Source: Isurus oxyrinchus
Lineage: Eukaryota
Reading direction: 5' to 3'
DNA: 64,000 nucleotides
Assembly (NCBI GenBank): GCA_026770705.1
Contig: JANJGN010000012.1
Coordinates: 100,006,001-100,070,000, forward strand
Within the stretch, counting starts at the first letter, position 1. Every line of letters starts with the position of its first letter. The notes under the pieces are model-generated. The model ran no database searches. It was given only the letters and a program-made list of their open reading frames with translations, and was not told where the DNA came from. Made by a program: the position numbers and the translations under genes. This document shows, one piece after another, positions 13,433 through 26,189 of this stretch.

Positions 13433-14030
13433 GGGAGAATTTTCCCCCCCTTTGTGGGGGTTGTGCGGGGACATGCGTGAACCCAATTGGGTCCGCACCG
13501 CCATTTTACATCAACAGGCCAGTTAAGGCTTGTCCAGTGTGATGCACGCCTGGAAACGCTGAGTGTTTCCTGTGCGGGCAGGGGGGGATTCCCTGAGTCG
13601 GGGCCTGTGCTCTTTCGCGCAGAAATTTCCATGAGGGGAGATTAGTTTAAGTTTTAAAAAGCTAAATATAGAAAATAAAAATTTGAAGACATGTCCCCAC
13701 ATGTGACAGTGTCATATGAGCTGGGACATGTCAATGAATTTTTATTTAATTTATAAACGCTTCATGAAACCTCATCCTGCCCGTGAATGAGATTCCATGA
13801 AAAATGCGAAGGCCGCCTGGGCTCTTCGCCTGCCCGCCAACCTTAAGGTTGGACGGCCAGCTCAGTTTATTGCTTTAATTAGGTTTTTTAATGGCCTTAA
13901 TAAGCCTTTGACAGTTTGGCGGGCGCACAGCCGACTCAGCTGCGCGCCCACCTAATTGAAAATCTAAATGACACGTGGTAACATCGAGATGTATACCTGA
14001 CGTCATTCTGGTTGTTAAGGGATTGGGTGC
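13433..14030 (-). mobile_element. Harbinger-type MITE, same family as 880-1577, opposite orientation
   Basis: Begins 'gggagaattttcccc'. The same three hairpins occur in reverse order (gacatgtccc..., atgaaacctcatcc..., ccaaccttaaggttgg). Confidence 0.75.
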
Positions 14031-14834
14031 AATTTTCAGTTTGCATATAAGTTAGGAGAGTGTTGGGCAGAGTCCGCCCAAAAGAATCAGCGTGGCACAC
14101 AATTGAATTTTGTCTGTGGCCTTCCTTATGTGATTGGCCAGTTGCCAGCAGGAATTGTACTACATTGGTAGCTCGCCAATCTCGAAGCATGAGATCTATT
14201 GGTGTAGTAACTTATGAAAGGCTTACATTAGCTCATTAGAGGAGAGGTGTATTTAGTATCAGGAATACAGTGAAACACAACTAGTGGAGCAGGCTACCTG
14301 TGTACAGAACCTACAACATCAACTACATTGTTTTGGAAAGCCTACCAGCATCTTCAAAAGCTTCATTTTGCTTTTTCTGACAGGAGCTGAGGATACCTTT
14401 AATCATCATTGGAAATGGGCACTTCCTGAATTCTACTATTTGGTTGGGCAAGAGCACAACCGAGTGATAGTTTGTGCTCCTGCTCAGAGACAAAAATGGC
14501 ATCATATATTAACTGCATAACTTGACCCTTATTTACATATATTTAGGAGGACCCGTTTCCAACAAGAGCTCCAAAAAAAGGAACAGACATAATGCAACAG
14601 TCAATATTTTTGTTTTATCCTGGCCCAGTTACTACCCTATTTTAAGCATAAATGGGCCACATGTATTGATATTACGACAACAACTACACTTAGAAGTATG
14701 TACTTAATTGGCTGTGAAGCACAAAAGGAGGTCATTAAGAAAATTAACAAGTGCAAGATTTATCTTCTTTCCATCTCTTCTTGACTTTGCCAATTGAAAC
14801 AGTTATAATCACATCAAAAAGGAAGAAGTTAAAT

Positions 14835-14935
14835 ATGCACTTATATAATGCCTTTCATGAGTACAAGATGTCACTAGGTGCTTCAATGCCAATGAAGTAC
14901 TTTTGAAGGGTAGTCACTATTATTATGTAGGAATC
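14835..14935 (-). mobile_element. Deu-type SINE fragment
   Basis: 'gccaatgaagtacttttgaag.gtagtcact..t.atgtagga' is homologous to 41835-41940. Family assignment is from recall. Confidence 0.5.
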
Positions 14936-15099
14936 AGGAAACAAAGATATTAGCAGAAAATTGTACTGAGGGAATAAACTACCCTTAAGGGTATATCATT
15001 ATTTGTAAATTCTCCAGAAATAGTCCTTGGCTTAATTTGATTGCTTTCAGTTTTTTGTGCAAATTCATTTAGGGTTATTTATTTCTCTTTTCACTACAG

Positions 15100-15189
15100 G
15101 AAAGTTTGCCATATGGAGGTAACATATTGAGACCAATCAACAAATTACAAGGACATGGCACAAAAACTTGGGCTCACAGGCAGTATTTG
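15100..15189 (+). CDS. Internal coding exon (phase 0/0, 30 aa ESLPYGGNILRPINKLQGHGTKTWAHRQYL), repeat exon C
   Basis: Acceptor 'cttttcactacag', donor 'gtaagaa', 90 nt open in frame 0. Shares PY-G, QGHG, WA and Y with exon A. Confidence 0.75.
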
Positions 15190-16654
15190 GTAAGAATAAA
15201 CTGAAATTAAATATATTAAAATTAAATGTCAATTACCAGAGCGATATTTTCCTCATAATAAGTGGGTAGAAGTTCTGACTGTACACATCCTCCCAATATA
15301 AGAGCTACAATAGGTATTAAGCTTTTCAGCTGTTCAAACTAGCACAAACATTATCATGCTTAAAAAGACATAGAGAGTACAGCCGAATTTGCCAGTGACA
15401 ACGTAAGTAGATAACTACATTTAGAAATGCTGTCTGATTCACTGTAAGCTGGGAGATTCCTGAGAACTGCTCCCACTCTACTGTTGCAACTTTTGTCATA
15501 ATTTGAATAGAAACCCTGCCTAAATGTGCGAGCACTTTTATTGATGTTATGGCAACAGAGCTCTGAGGAAGTTCTTTGTCTAAGTTAATATATATTAGTC
15601 CCAAAATGGCAAATCAAATTACAAAGTGAAGGGTATATTATCAAATAAGACAAATCAAGAAAAGATCTTTGTGCCTTCAAAACTCATGTCACAGCTGTAA
15701 TTTGTAGTTTGTAAGTATATTTCATAAAATAAATCTATGGATAAATGACAAATACTTTATAAAGCATTAACATAGGAATTACTTTTTCTGAACTCACCAT
15801 ATTGTAAAAAGAGTAGAAAAGATTCAAAAGGATACCAGTAATACTTATAGATTATTGTATGATGAACAGAAACTAAGGGAATTAAATTTATGGGGTTGTT
15901 TTGTTTAGGAGATTAGAAATTTTGTGGAAATTTTATCTAGAAATCTTTCACATATGTACAGATATGATTTAAATCTTTGGTGGAATATCCACTAACAGGA
16001 AAAAACTTCATTTTCCTCTCATGAGTTTTTAAATGTGCCTGCTTCATCTTCAGGCACATTACAAAACTATTCAGCTCATTGGAAAACCGATTTTCATTAT
16101 ATCTGACTGGCACTTTACTTACCTTAATCTGTTATATACATTAGTCTGCATCATACTTAGACTCTGGCAAAAATTAGGAGTTAGGGGCCAATTTCTGGGT
16201 GCAACCTGTTGCACACAATCCACTCTGGAAGTGCCAAATCAGCATTTAAATGATCACATGTGAGTACAGAATTTGAGCTTTGTTGTTTAAAGAGACATGC
16301 TGTCAAAGCTTTTCATCTTGAGTGCAAGACAAAAAGCTTCGATAGTATGTCGTTTTCTTCAGCAATCAGCATTCAATTACTTCCCAAGCTCTCAGGAGGC
16401 CATACCTAAAACAAACCTAGGGCCCCTTGAATATGCTAACCAGAGACCTGTTTTAGAACTCTAAGAGTAAATTCAGAATAAGCTGGCTGGAGCATGCACT
16501 GTGGATGCTTCACTCAGGTTTTCCAGGAACAGAATTTTCCCTTTGTCGTGCGGGGGCGGGCCTCGCACATTCACATATAAAATGACGCGTGGTGACGTCG
16601 GGCAAGCCTTCCGTCATCACCACGCACCATTGCGATATTTCCCTTAGCCTGGAA

Positions 16655-17876
16655 ATGGGAGCTGAACTGTCCACTGGAGGCAGCTCCACTGAGGAGGAAG
16701 GGGGGGGTCGCTAAAAGTGGGAGGAGGCCACATTCAGCCTCCAGGGGAGCTATCTTTGGGAGGACAGACGCAGGTACAAGGGGCGCATGGCCAACAAGAA
16801 GTCCAAGGTGGAAGGGGCCGCAGAAGATGCCACTATCCCACTGCCAGGGTTTACAGGTGGCAAAGCATCTGCCTCAATATGTCTGAGGTGCAGTGCCGAA
16901 GGAGGCTCTGTCTCTCAAGGGAAAGGGTCAACTATATCAGTCAGATGATTGGCCCTGAGATCTCTGCTAACTGTGTGGGTGGACACCCCAAGTTAGTGGC
17001 TCTGAAAGTCACAGCTGCCCTCAACTTCTATGCCTCTAGCTCCTTCCAGGGCTCTGTGGGTGATCTTTCAGTGTTTCCCAATCAGCTGTCCACACTTGTG
17101 TCAAGCTGGTTACAAACGCTCTTTCAGGCATGCATTGACCTTCATCCACTTCTGTTGGGACCAGGCAAGCCAGGCACAGCGAGCCAGAGGCTTCGCGGCC
17201 ATTGCTGGCTTCCATCGTATCCAAGGTGCAATAGACTGTACACATGTGGCCATCAAGGCGCCAGCAGGTGAGCCCGGTGCCTTTGTCAACAGGAAGGGAT
17301 TCCACTCTATGAACGTGCAGATAGTGTGTGATCACAGGATGCAGATTCTACAAGTCTGTGCAAGGTACCCAGGCAGCTCCCATGACGCTGACATCCTCAG
17401 ACACTCCCAAGTGCCGGGGCTCCGGCTTGGCTTGATGGATGGCTGCTGGGTGACAAGGGCTATCCCCTCAGAAGGTGGCTCATGACGCCTCTCCGCCATC
17501 CAAGAACAGAAGCTGAGCAGCGTTACAATAGGAGCCAGGCCTCCACAAGGGCTGTGGTGGAGAGAACCATCGGTCTTCTCAAGATGTGCTTCCAATATCT
17601 GGATTGCTCAGGGAGTGCACTCCTGTACCCCCCAGATTGTGTCCCGGTGATAGTGGTAGCATGCTGATTTCTCCACAATCTTGTGCTGGAAAGGGGGGAC
17701 GCAGTGGACGATGAAGACATCGACGCAGTGGCTGCAGCTGCACACGATCAGTCCAGCAGTGAGTCCGAGGATGAGCACACACACAGGGAAATCCTGAGGG
17801 GGTAGACACTGACCTGGGCATATTCCAGGTAGACAGGGACACCTGGGAGGCTTTAATCCAATGAACCTTCAGCTAG
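16655..17876 (+). pseudogene. Harbinger DDE transposase (HARBI1-like), frameshifted
   Basis: Motifs [76 protein letters not shown], and an acidic C-terminus. Confidence 0.9.
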
Positions 17877-18200
17877 CACACCACAGATGGACCACCAGGA
17901 CAAGCCTGTGCTGTCGGCTCGATACTTGACACCCAAGTGCAAAATCTGCCAGGTCAGCAACAGCAACTAAGGACCTTGTTAATAAAACTGAATGTCCAAC
18001 AAAACACTCATTACAGTTTTGGAAACCATACACATGCAGAAGAAAAGACACACCCTCAGCCATGGTGACATATCTGAATTTAATGTGTCAAGCAAAGCAA
18101 CTTATTACAAAAAAAGATGATAGTGTTACAAATCAAATAAAATCATAAGGGGCTCATCTCGGAACAACACAAAAGCACCAGTGAAAAACCTGTGGTGTGC

Positions 18201-20511
18201 CTAAGGTGCCTTATGCTTTCGTTTCTGGGTGCTACGTCTTGGCGCTGCCCCATTGCTCAAAGTGGCATCTGAGACAGCCTGCTGACACTGCTGTCCTGTT
18301 GGCCTCGATGACCTTGGCGGTTGTCCTCTGGCCTGTGGAGCTTGTGTTGGCTCCGCCTGGGAGGGAGCTGCCAATTCCACAGCTGGCATCTCCCCAGTCA
18401 TCGCAGCCTCATCGGATGAAATGGTCACTGGGAGAGGGGCAGAGAAGCTGCCGCCCTCATCTGGAGCACCCTGAGAGGAGCTCGCAGAGACAACAGGCAG
18501 CTGCTGTGCCGACGTGAGGTCGCTTCAGACCTCCCTGCTCACTGTGGATGGATGGGCGTTGAGCTGGGAAACTTGATGCCCACACCATCTCCCATACTGA
18601 CTATCTGAGGTCAATTTCGATGTGAGGGCTTACTGGTCAGAGCACATCCCCAGAAAGCCCTGATGTGTCTCCTGGAGTAGGCTCTCTATGAGAGTCGCCA
18701 CTCTCTCCATGGAGGATGCCTGGTGCTCGGACATGTGGCTCATTGCTTCAGCGAGCCTCCACGTAGACTTCTCCATCACAGTTACCAAACCAAGTATAGC
18801 CTCATGTATCTCCCCCAGATGTTCCTGCACACCTGGCCGCATTTCCTGCATGTGCTACATCACAGACAACTCCAGAGGCACAGCATCAGGCATCATCTGA
18901 GCGTGTGCCTAATCCCCGGCAGTCCTCCGACTGCTGGTGCCGTGGGCACTCTCTGTCTCTACCAGCTCCTCCAGCGACTGTGAAGTGCCCTCACCGCTGT
19001 GCCCCAGGACACTAGCTGTTGTTCGAATTCCCACCGAGGTGCTAGTATCTGTGCTGGTGCCTGCCTTGCAGAGATGGTGTAATGCTGGTGAGACTTCCGG
19101 CCCCTCAGGTGAGAGGGGCCTCTGCTGCTCCTCCTCCCAGCCCTGCTCCGATGATGCTGAAAGAAAGAACAGAGACAGTAGATCACTGAGTGTGGTGACA
19201 ATGACAAAGTCCACCCCTGTCCTCCGGATCATTATGTGCTCATCCTTCCATAACCAATGGTCAAGCCATGTTGCAAAATTAAATCAGTTAACATTCAGCA
19301 CTGCTATGGCTGTTGGGAGGACAATGCTGACCTCACTGCTGGGCATGCATTCCTGGTCGTGGCACCCCAGCCTTACCAACACCAGTGGAACTTGGTGCAT
19401 GGCACCTCTCCAGATCCAGGGCCTCCTGCTTGAAACGGCTTAGAATGGCGATCTGCGCCAGACCGCTGCCAGCCCTCGCACACTTTGCCGTGTTATGAAC
19501 ATTCTTCTCCTGAAAGTGAGAGACGAGCATTGATTAGTGCAAACTGCGCACAGACTCGCTTTGCACACATCCCACCTCAACCAGAGTGGGACATATCAGG
19601 GCTCCAGTGCCTCCTCACCCCGCTGCTGCTGAGCTCTCACACAAAGATGCTAAGCCTGTTCCCCACCCCCCCACCCCATCCTTGGATACATGCTACCTGC
19701 ATCACATTAGGCACCACATAGTACCACCTCCACCACCTCCTCCCAGGCACGTTTTGTCATGTGGGAGGGCCTCCTCCTCCCATCCTGGGGGACCAACACC
19801 TCCCGACGTGCTGCCACCTCCTTCCACAGCAAGGAGGCCCAAGCAGGTGGAGTGCAGAGCACAGCAGATGGTTTGTTGCCACCCCACTTGAAGCTCCCCT
19901 CCTAGCATGTCGTCATTCTGACTTGGACATGTCCTGCAGTTCAAGCACAGCGCCTAGGTGCAGCTCCTCCAGGTTGCCCCCAAACCAGTCATGTGGGTCT
20001 CATGCTGTGGGGGCAAAACACATTTCTTCACCACCCTCTCAGGCTGACCTCAGCATGGGTAGTACCTGCTGGCCCACCCAACAAAGGACAAATGCCGTCA
20101 ATGATTCAATGCAGGCACAACACTCGGACTTGGGGGTGGTGGGGGGAGCGGGCAGCTGGGGGGTAAGCAGAACTGCTGGGTTAAATGCCCAAGGCCAACA
20201 TAGTACTCATGCTGCCAGAGCGCAACAAGTCTTTGAAGTGCTTTCGGCACTGGATCCAGGTGCACCGCACCACATCGCGGGAGCTCATCACATCCGCCAC
20301 TTCCTCCCAGGCACGTTTCATCATGTGGCCTCCTCCCATTCTGGTGGACCAACACCTCCCGCCGTGCTTCCACTTCCTCTAGGAGGGTAGCAACGTGGTA
20401 ATTGGAAAAACAAGGGGCACACTGGCCCCCCCACCCCGCCCTACCCTCCGGCCAGGCCTGTCCCGCTGACCTACCCTCTGGCCAGGCCTGTCCTGCTGGC
20501 CTACTCTCCAA
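18201..20511 (-). pseudogene. Spliced Harbinger Myb/SANT-like DNA-binding protein gene (NAIF1/MSANTD-like), disrupted
   Basis: 'APCFSNYHVATLLEEVEARREVLV', a later coiled-coil-like segment (18630-18851), and a basic C-terminus 'PRRSTQKRKHKAP*'. Confidence 0.75.
20441..20509. repeat. 30-bp tandem repeat (about 2.3 copies) encoding AGQAWPEGR twice at the Myb N-terminus
   Basis: ctaccctccggccaggcctgtcccgctgac / ctaccctctggccaggcctgtcctgctggc / ctactctcc. Confidence 0.85.
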
Positions 20512-22125
20512 GTTGGCCTGCTCACCATAAACCCTCTGCTGTGGCCTTACATTTGCCAGTGTGAGCAGCCTAGAAAAGGCTGCCAGGCCTTCATTTAAAC
20601 AGGCTGTTGGATCGCCATTGGACCATGCGTGCCCGCTGCTGCCTGCCCACTTCCGCTATCCTTGGTAGTCGAGAAATACACTAGTGGGCCTTAATTGGCC
20701 TACCCGCGTAAAATGGCGGCGCGGACCCGATTGTGGGCGGCGATCGGGTCCGCACCTGCCCGCGCCTGCTTCTGCTTCGCCCCCCACCAACCGGAAAATT
20801 CAGGCCCAGGTCTACAACAGCTTAATCAATGCACTTTAAAGAGACCCCTGAAGGCCACCAGAGAACATATAAGTTTTTGTTTATTTATTAACCTTAATGT
20901 AGAACCAAGAGAGCAGTAATTATGAGGATCATTGCTGGCATGGCACACTTACCTACTCTTGCACTCACACTCCCTTCCCAGGTTCTCATCTCTGAACCAG
21001 CTCGGCAATTCTGGCCAATTCTGAGAAGGTACCAACTGATGGTAAACTTCAGAAAGCCCACTTGGAGTCTGTGAATCACCTGAATTACATAGATGAGCTG
21101 TAAGGTCCAATCTCTGACAAACTTCAGCCTCCATTTTAAAGCACGCCACCTACTTAGTGCAATTCCCAGAGCAAGACCAATTCCATAAGCCTCTGAGTCT
21201 TATATCCTTTTACATTTGCATTACTGACCTGCTCCCTAAAACAATTGATTATTTTTTTACCAAAATTAATTGTTTTGATTTACCTCAGCCTGTGCCTTTC
21301 AGATAACCTCTGCTTATGCCTGAGATAACTTCAAACCGCATCCCTGATCTCTCTCTGTCTTGTCCAGAAGATCTGAGAAACTTGATTGGACAAGGTATAA
21401 GAGACCACTCACTTAAATACCCCCAAAACAGAAGATTTGTCTGTCATTGCTCAAGATTTGCATAAACAACTCAGTAAATTTAACTCCCAAGACCTATTGT
21501 AAGGTGTTAATATACTTGCATTAATGTAGATAAGATTGCTTCTTGTACATACTGGGGAGAATTCTCCTCCAGCATCCTGAAAGAAACTGGGTAGGATTGC
21601 TGCAGAGAATGAGGGAGGATTTGAAGAGTGATCGATGCTTCCTTCCACCTCACCAAACAGGATTTCTCTTCCCCACATCTTCCCACCACTGGCTGCACCT
21701 TCCCCATCTGCAGTATTCAAATAGCTGTGGGGGTGCAGGGGTCCAGGTTGTTAGTAGATTTCCCTCCCATTGCCTCATTTAACAACCTACAAATTGTGGA
21801 TAGACCCCAGGAAATTACAGTAAAGGCTTGCACAATGGAGGGGGGTAGGGGGGAGGGGGTGTTGGGGCCTCTCTCTAAGGCCAAGCTAAAAGCCTTGAGT
21901 GGGAGCCTTGATTCTAAACTTTGTGAAACTTGCCCATTTAAGGTTTCTCACCATCCTATGGCATTTCCATTGCAGTATCACCAGTGTTTACCTTGATTAC
22001 AAACTGGCCCACAAGAACTCTACTGTAAAGAGGAGAAACTCCTCGCTTTTGCTTCAGATCATCAGATCAGTGATTACTGTATACTATCTATGTTAACCAG
22101 TATTGATTCAACTTACTTTTTTTAG

Positions 22126-22308
22126 GAACTGGACATAAATGATCTAGAAGTGAACCATGAGCCACATGTATATAGCTATGAAGAAGATGAGCTACGTGAG
22201 CCATCTCTTGACGCCATCAGCATAGTTGAAAGTAGCAATGCCTCTGACTACTTGAACAACTTGGGGTCAATGTTTGTAACACTTGCAAGAATCTGTCAGG
22301 AGAAGTAA
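22126..22308 (+). CDS. cdh26: Terminal coding exon of a cadherin (Cadherin_C catenin-binding tail), most like cadherin-26: ELDINDLEVNHEPHVYSYEEDELREPSLDAISIVESSNASDYLNNLGSMFVTLARICQEK*
   Basis: Acceptor 'ttactttttttag', 60 codons plus TAA. Motifs PHVYSYE, SLDAISI and YLNNLGSMFVTLARIC fit the cadherin C-terminus. It lacks the desmocollin GSVGCCS motif, so CDH26-like is preferred; orthology is unconfirmed. Confidence 0.8.
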   Translation, partial: ELDINDLEVNHEPHVYSYEEDELREPSLDAISIVESSNASDYLNNLGSMFVTLARICQEK

Positions 22309-22517
22309 CCACTGTAAGCTCAAAAGCACCAGAAAGAAACACTAAACACTAATGACAGCCATTTACAAATTATCCACATTATCTTTGATTACATTTTGAT
22401 TGAAATATTTTTTAAAGTGAATACATCTTTTTTCCCCAAAATTTGTTATTTGGTGTGACTAAATTATAAAATAATTATGCTGTAACCAAATTAATAATTG
22501 GGATAAAAAAAACTTTA

Positions 22518-22596
22518 AATAAAAAAAGGTCAATGTTGCATGTTAAACTGACAAAAAACCATCCTAATTTTTATTCTCTTCTGATTTCTAAATAAA
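22518..22596 (+). terminator. Candidate polyadenylation signals of the cadherin gene
   Basis: AATAAA at 22518-22523 and 22591-22596, about 210-290 nt after the stop, in AT-rich sequence. Confidence 0.45.
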
Positions 22597-24399
22597 TAAC
22601 TTGTGCTACATCCTGTACTTAAGTGGAATAGTTAAAAGATGCAGGGGTTGAATACCTGCCAGAGTTTTCTTCATTGTCTAGTGTAATTTTGGTGGAAGAT
22701 CCAAGAAAACTTTGGAAAAATTGTGTAAATAACCTTTCACTCTAGAGTTTTGTGAATGTCTTATAGCTTCAGCAGAACAATGCCAAGAATCACCATGAAA
22801 ACTGAACTCCACAATATTCTTTTTAATATATCCAAATGAAGACCCAGTGTTGTGCATTTAGTTAAGAATATGCAAATGACAAATGTTCCATTTTTTTTAA
22901 AGCCCCCGACTGAGAAGGACGATTGAAGTATTTTATACTATTATTTGGTTCAGGCTGTACTGTCTCTATTCTTATTTTATTTGAATACTATCACCTAACT
23001 TGTTATAAATATTTTAATATAACAGGCAAATGTTAGGAAAGATATAAAAAAATGCAGAGGTTTTGCAATAGAAAGCATTACCTGCAAAATCTTCTTTTAT
23101 ATAAAGTAACATTCAATTTCAAAAATTACACTTTTTTTGTTCAGGAAATCTCCAGCATTGAAACAGGGCTAGATTTGCCTTTGCCACTCCACCTAAAGCA
23201 AATGGGGTGATGGTGGAAAACAGAGTCAAATTGGTAGTGAGACCAACCACTATGTTCCTGCCCTGACTGCAATTCCTTACCTCCAGACCCTGCTAGGACA
23301 ATCGCAAGTCACCCCTTTCCTACACATTGGATATAGTTTACAGCAGGGGAGTTGGGCCTTGTAAGCCACTCCACTTCCCTGCACTTCACCCCTACTATTG
23401 CTAACCCTGGGGACTGTGAGGAGATGGGAGCTTTTACTTCCTGGAGTGGCACAGGGCCTATAACTGCTCTTTTTGAAGGGAAAGGATATAATAATAGGCG
23501 CCCATCCTTTCGATTTTGCCTTGGCTTCTTACCTTTCTGCACATCGGTGCAGTTAAAGCCCCTAGGTTTCCAAATTTCTCATGGGTCATCAGGTCTCTTT
23601 TGCTACTTTTAAATAGTCCAACAAACTCACCACCAGCTTTTTCTTTTCCATTAGCAGTGGGGTCCCCCTTAGTGAGGGAGTTCACACTAGGAGGCAAACC
23701 TAGGTGCTTGATGACTTGGAGTTATGAAAATAGATTGGGATCACAGTAGGGTCAAACGTTGTGTGGAAGTCCTGCTCCACCAGTATCCCATCAACAAGAG
23801 AAAAATCCAGCTCAGAATTGCTTTGATGAGATTGAAGCAAGATATAAAATGGTAGATTCCACTCTTGGAATTTGAAAATTTTCTGCATTAGTTCTTAGTG
23901 AAGAAGCATTGGATAAGCTGGGATTGATCTATGTATATTCTACTAAAATAGATAGTTAAAAGTAATGTAAAAGATACAATATGAATAATTACCTACTTGA
24001 AGAACAATTCTTTTGGAAAATAGTTACATTTTGAAAGTTGTTATTTTGGCTTTGGTTTTTAAGTTCCTAACCTTGAACATGTTTCCTGACTTAATACTTG
24101 TTTACAAATTATACATTTTATTTACATAAATATGGTGAAATATAAAATGTCCTGTATGTTCATTAATGTCCGGAATGCTGCTGGCTAGTTACTAATGGCA
24201 TAGAGAAACAGTGGTACATCATTTTTTAACTGACTTGGCTTCATCCTCACCAATTTACCTGTCATAGATGTAACTATCCATTAGAGTATTGGTAGGATTG
24301 ATCGCCGCACAGTCCTAATGGACACAAAGTCCTTTTTTTCACACTGAGGACACCCTTCTATTGTGTTGTGTGGCACAGCGACTGTGTGAAATGGAATAG

Positions 24400-24860
24400 A
24401 TTCAGAATGGATCTAGCAGCTCAAAACTCTGCATCCATGAGGTGCTGTGGACCATCACCAGCATCAGAATTGTATTCCACCATAATCTCCAATTTTATGG
24501 ACTAGCATATGCCTCATTCGACCATTATCAGCAAGCCAAACCTGATTCAATAAGGAATGTGGAAGAGCTTGCAAGGAACAGCACCAGGCATATCTGAGAA
24601 TGAGATGCCAGCCTTCCAGAAGGAAAAAACAGCTTGGACCAGTACTCTTATTTCCAAGTTTTACAGGTGTTCCATTTTAAGGTATACTAGACCATTTCAG
24701 TCCAGTATTCTTATTTCCCAGTTTTTACTGTTTTTCTTTTCTGGGCTGGAGAAGCTACAGCATAGGACTATTTGCATGCTAAATAGTGGAAGCAGCATAC
24801 TATAGACAGAGGTAATTAATTCCACAACCAATGATTTAGATCAAAGTTATGCAATCTGTG
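24400..24860 (+). mobile_element. Old LINE ORF2 fragment, probably continuing at ~25920-26110
   Basis: Degenerate EN-RT linker-like sequence. 'aaggctatgggcctgac' near 25990 gives a KAMGPD-like motif. Confidence 0.4.
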
Positions 24861-26189
24861 GGCAGTCATGGGGAGTAGATTTTAGGTTGCTAGAGTTTAA
24901 TTCAGCTTAGCCAATTTTAGGGAATTTTTTATATTGCATTCACATTATACTCAGTGTAATAAACTAGGTCAAGATGTCATTTTGTATTAAGATGTGGTCA
25001 AAGAAGCCATGTTGTGTGATTAACACAGCATTACAATCACACTATCTCATTGACACACTGACACTGTTCAACATCATTGCTATAGATAGTAACCAGCTAG
25101 TAGTTATAAGTAGTAATAATACGTAATTGAAAAGTAAGTCATTACATTTAATTATTAAGGCTGGGTGGTGTGTTAGCATCTTTTAAGTTTTAAGTTTAGT
25201 GCAAGTTAATATTTCACAAGTGTTGCTATTATCTGTAAGGGACAGGAACATTACAGTGCTTCAACCTTGACTGTTTGCAATAGATGTATGAGACATGAAT
25301 GGAAGATTGTACAAAAAGAAGACCCAATTGTCACATTCTCTGAAACATTTTCACAAATATGTAAATCCAATTAAATTGATTTAATGTCACAAACAACCAA
25401 TCAGTTAATCACAACAGACATGAAGTGAGCTGAGGTGATGCAAAAATCAAGGCATAAAGTTGAAGAGTTTCGGAGAAAGAGAGAACCGGCTACTAAGTGT
25501 GATTGATTATCAGGATTTATATTGCAATTGTTCCTGGACAGGTTTTGAGAGATTCATTTCTGAGGCTGTGGAGGGGGAACTTGAGATTTTATGTTTCAGT
25601 TTGGGTGCCAGCGATTGGATGTAAATCGGAATCTGTAAAAGTCAATTCTGTACCTTGATAAGTATACTTTTGTCTTTTTCCTTTTTTTCAATAAACTTTG
25701 ATATTATTTGTTAATTCAGTTGTCTTCATCTTTGCCTGATGGTTAAGTCTCTGTTAAATCTGAAACATTTTTGAAGGGTTTAATTTGGAACTGTATATAG
25801 GCCGTGCTCATCTAAATTAAACAAACCTAAATTATTGAAATACCTTTTTTAAACTCACAAGTCTTCCCGCATCAAATGTGAATTTTCATGGCCTCCTCCT
25901 GATTTCTCCACTATCTCAGACATCATTCTTCAGCCAATTTGATTCACTTCATGTGATATCAAGGAATGGCCGAGCATAATGGATTCATCAAAGGCTATGG
26001 GCCTGACAAACCCCTGTAGTTCTGAAGACTAGTGTTCCAGTACTGGCCATTGTTCCAGAAATGGCCTTTAACCAAATTGTTCCAGCATAGCTCCAACATT
26101 AGCGATCTCAGCTGCATTTTAAGGCACAATGGAGATTGGAGTTATTCATGATGAATACTGCATATAGTGCTAGTGGACATTGGATTGAA

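Larger units (their letters stand above)
16527..20806. mobile_element. Full-length (decayed) PIF/Harbinger DNA transposon with convergent transposase and Myb/SANT genes, intronic in the cadherin gene
   Basis: Imperfect TIRs 'gaacagaattttcc' and 'ggaaaattcaggcc', with 'cag' on both sides (candidate 3-bp TSD). Two convergent genes are typical of Harbinger. Confidence 0.85.

Noticed and set aside
15330-15402. Candidate exon between 'ttttcag' and 'gtaagt'
   Set aside because: In-frame TGA in phase 0, length not a multiple of 3, and no similarity to the repeat exons.
16054-16263. Acceptor-like 'cttcag' followed by an open frame
   Set aside because: No convincing donor, and the peptide is not cadherin-like.
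16655-17876. Domesticated host gene HARBI1 (and NAIF1 for the Myb ORFs)
   Set aside because: Frameshifts and stops, TIRs and multiple related copies indicate transposon relics rather than the single-copy host genes.
20903-20981. Possible penultimate cadherin exon (NQESSNYEDH...)
   Set aside because: Weak donor, wrong phase for joining 22126, and no recognisable motif.
22126-22308. Desmocollin or desmoglein assignment
   Set aside because: Lacks the EGxGSxAGSVGCCS motif, and the protein ends right after the catenin-binding segment; CDH26-like is preferred.
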